Shown here: positions 13,948 through 28,011 of the stretch, in pieces
Layout: every line of letters begins with the position of its first letter
Position numbering within the stretch: position 1 is the first letter of the stretch
Assembly (NCBI RefSeq): GCF_006345805.1
Contig: NW_021833022.1
Location: forward strand, 1-64,000
From: Octopus sinensis
Lineage: Eukaryota
DNA: 64,000 nucleotides
Reading direction: 5' to 3'
Made by a program: the position numbers and the translations under genes
Notes under the pieces: generated by a model
What the model was told of the DNA's origin: nothing
The model's database searches: none
The model's input: only the letters and a program-made list of their open reading frames with translations

Positions 13948-16900
13948 TGTGTGTTTGTGTGCATATTGTGTGTGTCTGTATATTGAGAGAGAGAGAGAAA
14001 GAAGTTACATGGAAAGAAACAAAAGAACACATGGAAAACAGGAAAAAACACAAAAAACATGGATACTCTCATCCCTTATCAGTTATAAACCAATCTTCAC
14101 AATTTCACACCCATGTGTATGTGTGTCTGTGTGTGTATGGACATGTCTATGTAGTTAAGAAATTCACTTCCTAACCACATGGTTCAGCTTCAGTCACACT
14201 GTGTGGCAGCAAATTAAGGACCCTCATACCAAACAGATCTCACTAAGTTGTCATTTGGAATTAATCACAAATAATTTTTTTTTTAATATCTCCATTTTAT
14301 AAACTTTAAGATTATAATTTCCCTTTAATCCATTTTCACCTCATGCTGTAACTTAACATTATTTCAGTGCTTCCATCTATTTTATGTTATCATTAACAGG
14401 GTCTATCAATATGTCACATTTATGTGGGACATCAGTTATATATACATCCATTCCATGTAGCGATGATAATCATCAGTCTTTTGAGTTGCATTGGCTTCAC
14501 AATAGCCATGAATACTCTCTGGCCATCTGAGTGGGCAATGCTGAAACTATCATTTCAAGTAAGTCTCTATTATATTTGAAACATTTTTCTCCAAATTATA
14601 TTTCTTTTGTTAATGATTAGAAAATATGTAATAAATATATATTAAGTAATGTTATTTTCTTGCGACTATTATTAGTCTCTTTCAGAATTACATACATATA
14701 GCCTTGAGTTGACCGAAGTCATATGTGTGAATTTAGTAGATGGAACCTGAAAGAAACCCATTGTGTGTGCATGCATGTGTATGTCTGTGTTTGTCCCGCA
14801 CTACCACTTGACAACCAGTGTATTTATGTGTTTATGCCTGTAATAGCAGTTTGGAAAAAAACACTGATAGAATAAGTATCAGGCTTAAAAAAAAAAAATA
14901 AAGGACGTACTAGGGTTGATTCACTCGACTAAAATACTTCAAGGTAGTGGCCTGGTATGGCTACATTCTAATGAGTGGAATTAGTAATTGAAAAAGGATA
15001 ATATGTCTGTGTTTATGATAATTTCTCCTACATTTGCTCTGTACATCATAACTAGTTATACTACTCAGTATTGTAGCAGTTTAACCATTATACTGGAAGC
15101 AAACTGGATGATGTTAAAGTACATAGAGCTCAAAACCCAACAGTAGAAGTCATACTTCTATTTGTACAGGCAGCAAATTGGCAAAATTGTTTTAGTGTTA
15201 GATAGAATGCCTCATGGTATATGTTCCAATTCAAATCCCAGTGAAGTCAACTTTTGAGTGATTGATTAGTTTAAGTGTTAGAGTATTGAACTAAATGCCT
15301 TGCAGTATCAGTTCTGGATTTGTGCATTCTGAGTTGAAATTTTCATTGTTCCTATTGTCACTATGTTCCACAAAAAAGGTGATACTTCTGTCAGGAATTG
15401 TAGCTGATAGATAATATTAGCAAAGTGAAAAAAAACAATGGAAATATAGTCTATAGAATCAATTCTAAGATCAAATTGTCACAATTATGAAAGGAAAGTC
15501 TTTACAAAGCAGTATAGTGGATACTTTTTTGACATAGATATCATATGGAGTATCAGTTGTGGCTGTAGGCACAGATGTAGCTGCATAATATGAAGTTTGT
15601 TTCCTGACCACATGGTTTCAGATTTAGCCCCACTGTGTGACACCTTGGGCAAGTATCTCCTACAATGACCTTGTGAATGGATTTGGCAGAGAGAAACTGA
15701 AAGAATCCCACTGAGTGTGCATCTGTGTGTATGCGCATGTGTGTGTGTGGACAACATTTTGTCCTTGGCATCATGTGATAGTTGGAAACAAGTGGCACCA
15801 TCATACAAGCAATATCATTCTTTTCCAATCTTCTGTGGAAATATGTGTAGTCATGGAGAAATACTACCTTACTTAGAAACGGATCGAAATTGGCAATATG
15901 AAGGACATCTAGCACTAGAAAGCTTGCCTTAACAAATTGCATCTAACCCATGCAAGCATGGAAAAGTAGATGTTAAAACAATGATGATGAATTTACTATT
16001 ACGGTTATTATTTTTTAGTTGAGTTATTTTCTTTGATTATTTTTCCAGATAGTCGGTCCATTTATTCATGTTGGTCTGATTGTGATCTTTACTATTCTCT
16101 CTTGTATTCTGATAAGACAGTGGTACATCTTAGACCGATTCCGTAAGTAGATTTTGTCATTTCAAAAATCTTTGTCAGATATATACAAATTATTTCTGAA
16201 AAAATTGTCGTTAAAGAAAACAGACTTATTAAATTCTATCTCAAATACAATGACACTTTTCATTTTCTTAATTTTCTGGTGTTCATACCTTGTTAGTGTA
16301 GCATAAATAGTATTTGATTCACCCGTCTATATTCCTAAGTTCGACTCTCACTGAGGTTAACTTTTTCTTCCATCCTTTTGGAGGGTTTATTAAAATAAAC
16401 TCTGAGTGCACTGTAGGGGTTTGACAGGGTTGTTAGACCATCAGATGTGATGCATTGTGGGATTTGTACTGGTTGTTTGTGTTCTGAATCCTTAGGTGGT
16501 TGGCTTTCAACCAGTTTAATCCCACCACCACCTGGTACTTGGGAGTCTTTAGCTGATTTCACCTTTTTTTATGTGTTCTGGACAGATTTTGTGTTTGAGA
16601 GTGACTTCTTTACTCCTTGCCAACAGTCCCAGTGACCATGAATGAAGGATTAGTGATGTAGATAAATGCGATTAGGCTTGATACATATAAATATGCACCC
16701 ACACACACACCCACGCACATACATAGAGGGAGAGAGAGAGAGAGAGAACTATGTTCAGAAGATAAACATGTAAATAGATATTTATATATATTGACAAATA
16801 AATTTACCTTTACATAGAGTTTAGAAAATAGGATTATGAGAAAACAGTGAAGAAATCAACAGTTTATCTTCTTTCGTGTGTGATTGAGCAGCATTAAGAT

Positions 16901-19900
16901 AACGATTAAAAGCAGGATCCGTATATTTTATATTGCAACTTGTGAACAATAGCATCATTGGTTACAAGTTTCTATCTCATGAACCAGTTATTTTGTTCAG
17001 TATGTCTTCTGTAACAATCAGAAGAGTATCTGTAACTTGGGGAGTTGTTTAGAGATCAGATTTTTTTGTTGTTGTTGGATCCTTTGCCGATCTCCATGAA
17101 TGTGATCCTAAGTAAACTATTGATCCCATCTGGATTTCTGGATTTCATAGTTCAATTCTGATGTCCCTTTTTTAATTTTTTTTTTTCATAAAATTGTGAA
17201 TACATGTATAACTGTAAACAAAATTTATACTGAAATAAAAAGGAAAAAAAGAAACGAATAAAATATAATTTGATTTCAGAATGGGAAGGTTTCAACTAAA
17301 CACTGCATTGCATGTAATCTGCCACCATTTCTACTCCTCTTACACAATTATAACAATAGCCAAGTATAGGGTAATGATTTTATTGAGTTAATAAAAACAC
17401 AGACTTGCAGATACACACACACACACACTCCTCATCGTCATCATCATTTTCATCTTGGTTTTATGCTTTCTTTCCTTGATAATAAATTGTAATGTAGTTA
17501 CTAATCACCAACTATTGTAGTACCACCACTATTTATGACGATACTTGTTTACACTATAACCATGTAGTAACAATAAACATATAACGAAGCTGGGTAACAA
17601 CATAACAATCCAACAAACTCTCCTTGAACTGTTCATGAATCAACAAATGATATTCTGACAAACTACCAAAACGAAACCTTATGACTTCCTGCAATTAATG
17701 CCTCTTCTCTGTCTTTCACTCAGACCGCTACTGTTTATAGTGATTCAATCAAGTCTATTCTCGCAGGGGCTGTTGTGACTCTTGCCACAACATAATGTGA
17801 GCAGAGCAGGTTGTAATGGCCTGAGACAGGCCAGGTGACCATATCTTGCTTCCTACATTTTAATCTGACTTAGTTTATATATATACACATACATACTCAT
17901 CATCATCATTTAGTGTACACTTTCCTCCCTGATGGCATGGGTTAGACAGTTTGACTGGATCTGATAAGCTGGAGAGCTGTACCAGGCTCCAGTTTGATTT
18001 TGGCTTGGTTTCCATGGCTGGATGCTCTTCCTAATGTCAACCACTCCAAGAGTTTAGTTAGTGCCTTTTATGTGTCACCAACAATACCCACAACTATGAT
18101 TTCACTTGATTAGTCTTCTCAAGCACAGCAAATCACCAGAGGTCACAATTGCTTGTCATTACCTCCATGAGACCCCACATTTGAAGATCCAATATCTTCA
18201 TAGGTTTACCTCTTCCACAGCACCCCAAAATTAGACTAGACAACTATTTTTATGTTTGCCTCAATTTCTCTGTAAACCAGTTATTTTCTCCTTTAATGAT
18301 GAGAATTTTACAAAATGACACTTTGCAAACATCTACTCATCAAATTATCAGAAAAATCACCCTTATTCAGTGTTTTCAAATATATCATCATCATCATCAT
18401 CATCATCATACGCATCACCACCACCACCACCATCATCATCATCACGTCCTGTTTTCCATGCTTGCATTGGTTGGTTGGAGTCTATTAAGGTAAATTTTCT
18501 TTGGCTGGGTGCTCTTCCTCTTGCCAACTGTCACTAGTTTCCAAACAATGGACTATTTCCCCATGACCAAACATGTTTTGCTTGTTCCTATATATATATA
18601 TATATATCATCACCATCATCTCCAGCATCATTTAGTGTCCATTTTCAATGCTGGCATGAGTAAGACAGTTTGACAGGTGCTAGCATGCCAGAGAGCTGTA
18701 TCAAGCTCCAGTCTATTTCAGCTTGGTCTCTATGGCAGGATGCCCTTCCTAACACCATCCACTCTGTACTGGGCGCCTTTTATGTGTCTGTGGCATGGGT
18801 GCCTCTTATGTGTTACCAGTGCTGTTGCTGTCACATGTCACCGGTACTGATGTATGTATGTGTGTGTATATGTACATATGTATGTATGTACATACATATC
18901 TATGTATGTATATATGAATGCATGCATGCTTGCATTCATGCACATTTACCTTCACACAGAAGCTTACCGTTGTTCCTTGTAATTTTGTTCACTATTGAAT
19001 GGAACCAAATAATATAATATTGCTTTTTTTTGTTTTCTTTCCCATATAGGTTTAAAACTGTTAACTTTAGTAGCATACATGGCAATTCTAGTTGGCCTGT
19101 ATGTCATTCCACTGTTTATTGAATCTCCATGTGTTCGACCAGCAGATAGTTTGCCTTCCAAACCAAGATTATTTGCCCACCGAGGTGCGTCAGGGGTATG
19201 TATTCGCTTATTTATTTTAAAGCTCTAAAATAATGATTATTTTTAGTAGTATGTTCTTGGTTCATTAACTACAGAAAGATAAAAATGGAAGATTTTATCT
19301 CTTATAACATTCAAATGGAAAGAAATGGAAAATCAATATCATCATCATAGTTTTAACCCTTTCGTTATTGTATTTATTTTGAGATGCTCTGTGTTTCTTT
19401 CAATTATTTTAAATATAACAAAGAATTTAGTAAAATAACTTAGTTATCATTAAACTAGTGTTAGGAACATAAATTGCGACTAAGGTTTGGTGGTATATTT
19501 TAATGCAAAACTTATGAAAACAAGAGCCAGAGCTGGTTTTGGCCGGGTTGGTAACGAAAGAGTTAATGACCACTTTTCAATACTTACATGAGTCAGATGG
19601 AGTTTATTGAGGCAGATTTTTCTATGGCTGGATGCCCTTCCTGTCACCAACCCTTACCTGTTTCCATGCAAATCACTATTACCCCATCAGTGGACAGGTT
19701 TATGCAGAATATTGGTAATGAATGATACTACTTTGTATGACAGTGACACAACTATCATGTGTTGTCAAGACAAGGCGACATAAATGTATACATACTCTCT
19801 CTCCCTCTTTCTCACACACACACACAAACAAACAAATATAAATGACAAGGGAACAAGAAATGATGTAATGAACTTCATTAGGTTACCACTGTTTCTATTA

Positions 19901-22605
19901 TAAAGTGATACTCAAACACTCAACTATGAGTTCCTTGCATATTGTACCAGAAACAGCTGTAAGATAATGAAGTTCATAACGTAATTTCTGGTTCTCTTGT
20001 CATTTATGTAATCTCTTATTACACTCTCTACTTGACTAATGCTTTTCTCTGAAGCATATGTATATTGACAGGGTTAAAGTAGAAGACACCCAAGACGTTA
20101 CACAGTGGGACTGAACCTGAAACCATGCAGTTGGGAAGGAAACTTTTTAACCACACAGGGATGTCTACACCTATATTGAATATTGCAAAGTATCAAGTTT
20201 GGTTCTCAAATGTCTCAGACATGTCTTGTAGAACCAGGAATTTTAAATAATCAAGTCTAAAAATATCAGAATATCTTCTGCTACAAATCTATTAATAGTA
20301 TTTTCACCATTGTTCAGTGTATCTTGTTGTTTTTCTGTTTTTTGTTAAAATAGATTTCCTTTTATTTGTTTTAGAAAGTAATGAATATTTGGTGTTAGTA
20401 GACACATCGTTAGTACACATCCATTTATTGTCTTTCGATCAATATTCAGCTTGTAAATTGATGGAGTTGGGTGGGTTGCTATATGGAATGTAATTTGAGT
20501 AGAATCTAATTTTACTGAATTTGTGTGTGAGTGTACTTTAGCAGCGAACAGCATTTTTCATTATAAATAGTGTACGCTGGAGGTTATTGTAGCTTTTACA
20601 TTGTTAAGGAAGTCAAAGGTGTCAGTCTGGTGCAGCTTTTGCCCATTAAAAGACATAAGCCCAACTTGTAAAACTAATGAATAGTTAGTCATTCAATGTG
20701 ACCGCTTTGCAATTATGTTGGTGTGTGGCCTTTTGATAAAGGCATTGGTTCAATTCTTGATCTTGTGCATAGTGTGTTTGAACAAGGCATTTCATTTCAC
20801 ATGCCCCATTTCATTCAGCTGAAAAGTAATCCCAGAGGAAGTGGTTTTAATCCTGAAATGGGCTGCAGTTCTCTATAGTGGAGGAGTGTTGTACTCTTAA
20901 ACCCCATAGAAACTGAAAGAAACTCTGGTCTAATGAACCTGTAAGCAACAAACTAATCCTTTAGCATTCATATTATTCTGTCAAAAATAATGCTTATTTG
21001 TTCACTTTGTTTTGAATTAATCATGCATTATCTTGCAGCTTTGAGATTTTGATGAGGTAACTGTTAATTTTTAGAATGATATTGTCAGGTTGGTGTCAGA
21101 GGATACATCTGGTCAGTTTGAACATAATATGGATATGGCCGGTTTAAATGCTAAATGAATTATGAGGTCACTTGACCTGCTAGAAATAGCAGCCAAAGGT
21201 TACATTGGATAATGTACTCTTAGATACCCTTGAAAGGACAGGATTGTCCTGTCTTGAATGCTTTTGGTTATAGGTCTAATCAGTCACAACCGACCTGGGG
21301 TTAAACAACCACCATGATAGTGAATTGTGTGTTTTCTTATGGTTTGTCTTTCTTTACAAGAAGGTTGATTGAGTCATTCTCAGTAACTGCAGATGTGGCT
21401 CGTGTTTCATTGCCATTTTAACCTTTTAGAGTTTAGATTACTCAATCAGATGTAATGTGTATTTATTCACATCGTTTTGAATTAATACTGCATTATTTTC
21501 TAGGCTTGAGATTTTGATGATGTGATTGTTCGTGTTCAATATGACATTCTGGAAGATGCGAGATCTGATCAGTTTGAACATTAAACTTGTAGAATATTTT
21601 GACTGGATATGGCCTGGTTAAGTGCTAAAGGGCTGCTGACTAAACTAGCTGTTGTTTCCTTTGCTGTTGTTTCATTGATGATTACAAATATGATACTACA
21701 TTTGGACACTAAATCAGTTTATTTCAGAGTACTGAACATGGTGGGCATGTATTCTCCTGCTTAACATATTTAGTAATTTTATGCTAAGGCCTGAATTTGA
21801 TATCTTATTTGTTGGAAATTTAGCTGAAAATTTCATGTTGCTTTGATGACTGACCATGATGCTTTCATATTCAACCAAAATACTTAGTTGTTCTTCATAT
21901 GAACTGTTAAAAAAGAATTTGAATTGTCAAATTGGCATTGGAAGGACATCCAGCTGTATAAACCATGTCAAATCAGACTAGAACCTGGTGTAGCTCTCTG
22001 GCTCATCAGTTCCAGTCAAACCATCTAACCGATGCCAGCATGGAGAGTGGATATTAATTGCTGCTGATGATGATGATGCTGATGCTGAACCATTCCTTCT
22101 CTAAAATACTCTGGAATAGTCTGCAGCTACTTCCTCCTTACCTTTTTCACTTGTACAATTGTTAAGTGTCTGATTTATTGTGTGGTATGTAATAGTTTTC
22201 AGAGTTCACAGTTTTACTATTAATAATAATAATTATATTAAAGTGAAATAAGAGATTCATTATAATAAATTAGAGTGACTGCAAACTGTAAAAGAAAATT
22301 TCAAACTAAGAAAACATGTCTCACAATGTGTGTATATATATATGTGTGTGTGTGTGTGTTTGTCCCTCCAACATCACTTGACAATCGATGCTGATGTGTT
22401 TACATCCCTGTAACTTAGCAGTTCAGCAAAAGATACTGATAGAATAAGTGCTAGGCTTACAAAGAATAAGTTTTGGGGTTGATTTGCTCAACTAAAGGCA
22501 GTGCTCCAGCATGGCCACAGTCAAATAACTGAAACAAGTAAAAGAGTAACATGTGTATCATCATCATCATCGATTAACATCCATTTTCCATGCTGGCATG
22601 GGTTG

Positions 22606-22646
<41 letters not shown>

Positions 22647-25600
22647 TGCATTCATGCATCTGATCGTGTGTGTATGTGTTTGTCTTGACATCACATGATA
22701 GCTGTCAACAAGCATCACCAACATACAAAGGATGTGATTCATTTGTTGTCTTTTGTGAAAGAAAAAACCATATCTAACCAAGGGGTAATATCTTGCATGG
22801 AGACAGGTGCTGGTTCGCAACAGGAAGGGCATCTGAGCGTGCTAGCTTTGAAATGTGGACATTAAAACAATGATGGTGATGACCACAACACTGATGATAA
22901 TTACTTTACAGCCTTACAAACAACATCTGACACAATACAACTCAAGCTATTTAGTTTACAAAGAGCAGTAAACGTTTTTTTCTGATTAACACGAGCATGT
23001 CATAACAATATGAAGAAACCAGTCAGTAGCCTGTGCCAATCCTAGCTAGGCAAATATTTTTTAGTTGTTAAAGATCCACTAAGAAGTGTGGTTATCTAGA
23101 AATGAAATAACAGTTCCTTTTCCACATTAGCCAGGACATTACAAATTCAACTTTTGTAAAGGAGACATCTCACCTACTGTAGTGACACTACTATTAACCT
23201 CATTAAACTGCAAGTGAAGAAAGCAATTCAAATTTTTATGAAGAAAGTACTGATTGACAAGCCCATATATGGGCAATTTTTCAGAACATTAGAACAAGAA
23301 ACTCACATGTAGGTTAGAAGACCCATTCTCCATAACAGAATTGATATCCTAAAACCACAGTGCCATGTAAAAATTTACTGGTGCTACATAAAAAGCACAG
23401 GTGATGGTGCCATGTAAAAAACTGTGGTGATGCTTCCATGTGAAAAAACAGTAGTAATGGTATCATGTAAAAAACACTGGTGCTGGTGCCACATAAAAAG
23501 TATCCAGTGCACTCTGTAAAGTGTTTGGCATTAGGAAGGGCATCCAGTTGTAGAAACAAAGCCAAAAGCAAGGTATAGGACCTGGTGTTGCCCCTAACCT
23601 TGCCAATTCTGTCAGGCCATCCAACACATGCCAGCATGGGAAACTGACATTAAATGATGATGGTGATGATGGTAGTGGTGGTGGTGGTGAAAAGTGCTTA
23701 TCAAGGAAACTAAGTTACATGTTAACAACTCAAAACTGAGCCAGGGTCACAAGGCATACAGTCTTTAAAACCTGTGGAAACTTTAAATGTAAGCCTTGTG
23801 GTTACAATACAGTAAAAGTTGATGTTTATTATTGGCCAAATCTAAATGTGTAAACTTAGATAATTAGGTTTCTCAGTATAATTCCTCAACGAAATGAAAA
23901 TCAAAATCATTGATATTTTATTAATTAAGCATGTCTGAGAACCAGTGACCAATTAATATCACTACACAATTCTCTGTAACATGTTCCATCAATACTCATA
24001 GAAATAGAGATACAAACAATCAGACATTGTCCTTGAAGACAATAGAAACAGAAAATTAGCTTCATGAAACTCACTGGTCTTGAAGGTGCTGCAAAGGTCA
24101 TGGGTATTGTCCTTCTTTCTAGACTTTATGAGTAAACAGGAAATTGAAAACAGTGAAGTAATAAGAGCAACATCCACAATAATAATCCTTTTTACTAGGC
24201 ACCGGACCTGTAATTTTGTGCGAGTGGGGACAGTCCATTACATCAACCTCAATGCTCAACTGGTACTTCTTTCATTGACCCAAAAAGGATGAAAGATACA
24301 GTTGACCTTAACTGAATTTGAACTCTGAATGTACAGCCAGAAGGAATGCTGCTAAGTATTTTGTTTGGCATGGTAACAATTCTGCCAGATTGCCGCCTTT
24401 ATAATGATAATAATATATAGTTTAACCCAAATGTAATTATAAAGTAATTATAATGTAATTATAAAGAGGTGTTGACTGAATATATGTAATAAATCTATTA
24501 TTTTCATGATTTTTTCCGTTACAGATCACATGACTAAAGTAAAATATTATTAGTTGAGTGAGTAAGGGAGATAACTTTGAATGTGTCTGAAATCATACAT
24601 GTCAATAGAAGTACCATATTTGATGGAATATAAGATGCATTGTGTTCCAAAAAGATGTCTCAAAAAATCACCCCTGCTCCTATATGTGGAGTTGAACCTT
24701 CCATATGCTAATTTTGTCCCTGATACTTGCTTTTTCCTGAACATGCACTGCTGAAATTGGGATGCATCTAATATGTCTGTGCATCTTTTATTCTATCAAA
24801 TACAAATATAACTGAGAAACAAAGCAATGAGTTGGAATGAATATAATTATTATTGTTGTTGTGGTTTTGGTAGAATCGTCAAAATATTGGAATAAATGCT
24901 TTGTGGTATTTTCTCCTGAGTTCAAAGCTGAAGTGAACTTTGCCTTCCATCTTTTTGAGGGTTCATAGAATAGAGTACTTCTCCAAAACTTCCAGTTTTG
25001 AGCCTATGTAAATAATAACAATGATAATAATAATAATAATACTAATTTCTTTTATTAGCAAGAGGGACATAAGATGAGTGGGGACATCACAAGGACAGAA
25101 TACATAAAGGAAAGGAAGGAAGAAATGGGAAAATGATTGAAATGTGATAGAAGTATACATCAGTCACTCTGTGTGGCACCTTGAGCAAGTGCCTTCTACT
25201 ATAGCCTTGGAATGCCAACAATTCTGCCAGCTCACTGCCTTAACAATAAATAATAATAGTAATAATAATAATATTTTTAAAAGATTGACATTCCATTTTA
25301 ATGTACTGCATTTCTTGGCCATATTCATCAGTGAAGATGAGAGAAAACACTTGAATTTAAAACAGGAGAAGAAAAAGTAGGATGGGAATAAAGTAGCAGA
25401 AAATGGAGTGGGGGAGCAACAGATTGTCTGTAATGCAAAGGAAAGACGAATCAATAAATACAGGGGTCTGATGGGCTGCTATCAGTTTGTGTTGGTCACT
25501 GCTGAGACCTCAGCTGTTCTCAGATCCTGCACTACTGTTTTTGTCTGCAAAATTGAGATAATGGTAGCCTGTATGAGAATGAACCCTACAAGGTGAAGTG

Positions 25601-27495
25601 GCTGCTGTAGCAAGTGTCACTAGCCATTCTCTGCAGCAATACCATTGTGGTCATATCTGTGGGATGTAGCTGAACATGCCATTTATTCTGGGGGGTGTGG
25701 CCCATTACTTCCTCTCCCACCATCTTATATTTCTTTTTCTGTTTCTTGTTTCCTTGTAATTAAATTGTAATAAATAAAGTTCACCAATATTTTAAAATTA
25801 GACACAGTATTTTTTTAGCTAGAAATCTCTCAATATGTTACTGTTGGATTATATTTAACCAAATTTAAATTCAGTTCTTTTGTATTTTAAAAATTTTCTT
25901 GCAAGGTTGCACCTGAGAATACTTTAGTTGCATTCCAATTAGCTGCGAACCAAAGTGTCTATGGATTTGAGTCAGATGTACGAATAAGGTAAATTACATT
26001 GTTTCTTTCTACATTTTGAAATATAAATTCTGTAAGTTATTTCTCAGTTATGACCCATTGCTGATAACTAGAAATATTTGTGGTTAAATAAAATGCAGTA
26101 ATAGCTATGTGGTCAAGAAGTTCACTTCTCAACCAGATGGTTGTGGGTTCAGTCCATCTGTACAGCAATTTGGGCAAGTGTTAAGATGGCGAGACAGCAG
26201 AAACGTTAGCGTACCAGGTGAAATGCTTAGCGGTATTTTGTGTGTCTTTACATTCTGAGTTCAAATTCCAACAAGGTCGACTTGCCTTTCATCCTTTTGG
26301 GATTGATAAATTAAGTACAGTTGCATATTGGGGTCAATCTAATCAACTGCCCCTCTCTCCAATGTTGTCTGTTGCCAATTCCCAGTAAACAAATCATTTG
26401 GCAGCTATGCTTTCAAAGACAAGTGCAATGAAAACTCCCTTTAAAAACAGGTGAGAATTAGTGACAGAAAATGATTCTCGTCACCATCCAGTTTCATTAT
26501 TATCAATTTGAATTGGGAGCTTGCATCATAGTTGATTACAGAACCATGGATGTCATCCCTATGGACACATTACAGTTACTCTCTAGATAGGAGCTTGGTG
26601 ATCCTATTTCAAGAGTTATTGCTCTTCCACTACCACCACATCCAAACCATCAACTGTCTACAAATGCATTGAAACATGCATATACAACCATTATCTATTT
26701 TTCTGTCTTTGGTTGCATTGTTTTTGTAAATGTATTTGTATACAAAGCATTGTAACTTTCAGTGGTGGCTCTGAACTCTATAGAAAATCTGTAGAGATAA
26801 GATTAAAAATGAGAACATCACACTGTTAAAACAAAAAGCAAGATATTATTGACTTGGGAACCTTTAATATACTTGGTAGTATATTATGGCTGCAAAACAA
26901 AATACAGTGACCTTGCTAGCAATTAATATTTACACACCATTTACCAGGAATGTGTTTAATATGTAAATTGGTCTATCCAGTAGTGTTACACAGTGTCTTC
27001 TACTATAGCCTTGGGCCAAGCAAAGTCTTGTGAGTAGATTTGATAGACAGAAGCTGAAAGAAGCCTGTCGTATATATAAGTGTGTGTGTGTGTATGTTTG
27101 TGTGTCTGTGTTTGGCTCCGTAATATTGCTTGACAACCAATGTTGGTGTGTTTACATCCCCGTAACTTAAGGGTTCAGCAAAAGAGACTAATAGAATAAG
27201 TACTAGGCTTACAAAGAATAAGTCCTAAAGTTGGTACTCCAGCATGGCCGCAGTCAAATGCCTGAAACAAATAAATGAAATAAAAGAAAAATATCCTAAA
27301 CTTAGTGGGTATTTAAGCAGTTTATTTATGGATGATGAAAGGTCAATAACTCTTGAAATATGCATCTACACTCATTACCTGTTTTTCTATCTTCAATCAT
27401 ATTGTTTACATACACATATTCATATACAAAACATAACTTTTAGTACTGGCTCTGAAGCTCTGAACTCTATAAATAATCTGTACAGATAAGCTTAA

Positions 27496-27536
<41 letters not shown>

Positions 27537-27975
27537 TGGGTGTGTGTGTGTGTGTGTGGTGTGTGTGTGTGTGTAAGTGAGTGACAAAGATGTACAGGTA
27601 TCACCTGGTATCACTTCATTACAGCCATTTCAAGTAACTCCTTTAATTGATTAATGAAAACATTACATCATTTGAAAGAAACCATTCCCGTCAGATAACT
27701 GCATAGATTTCAAACATAATGGATACAAGCATTTCACATCAATAATGGAACTAAAAATATTTACATTGTTTCTTTTGACATATCTGTGGCAGAATATCAG
27801 GAGCAGATATCTTCACTTAGCTGGGTTGCATTGTATGCACATATGGCAGGAATATCAGGTACAAGCACCCCTGCATGGAGTCTTGATATTCAATATCCAA
27901 TTAATATTGTGTGTGGATTATACTGTCATAGCAAGGTGCCTATGTTTAAGTACCTAATTCAATGGAATCTTATAT

Positions 27976-28011
<36 letters not shown>

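Noticed and set aside
23360-23505. Short repeats with variable spacers resembling a CRISPR array
   Set aside because: Eukaryotic SINE-internal minisatellite with degenerate units and no cas genes
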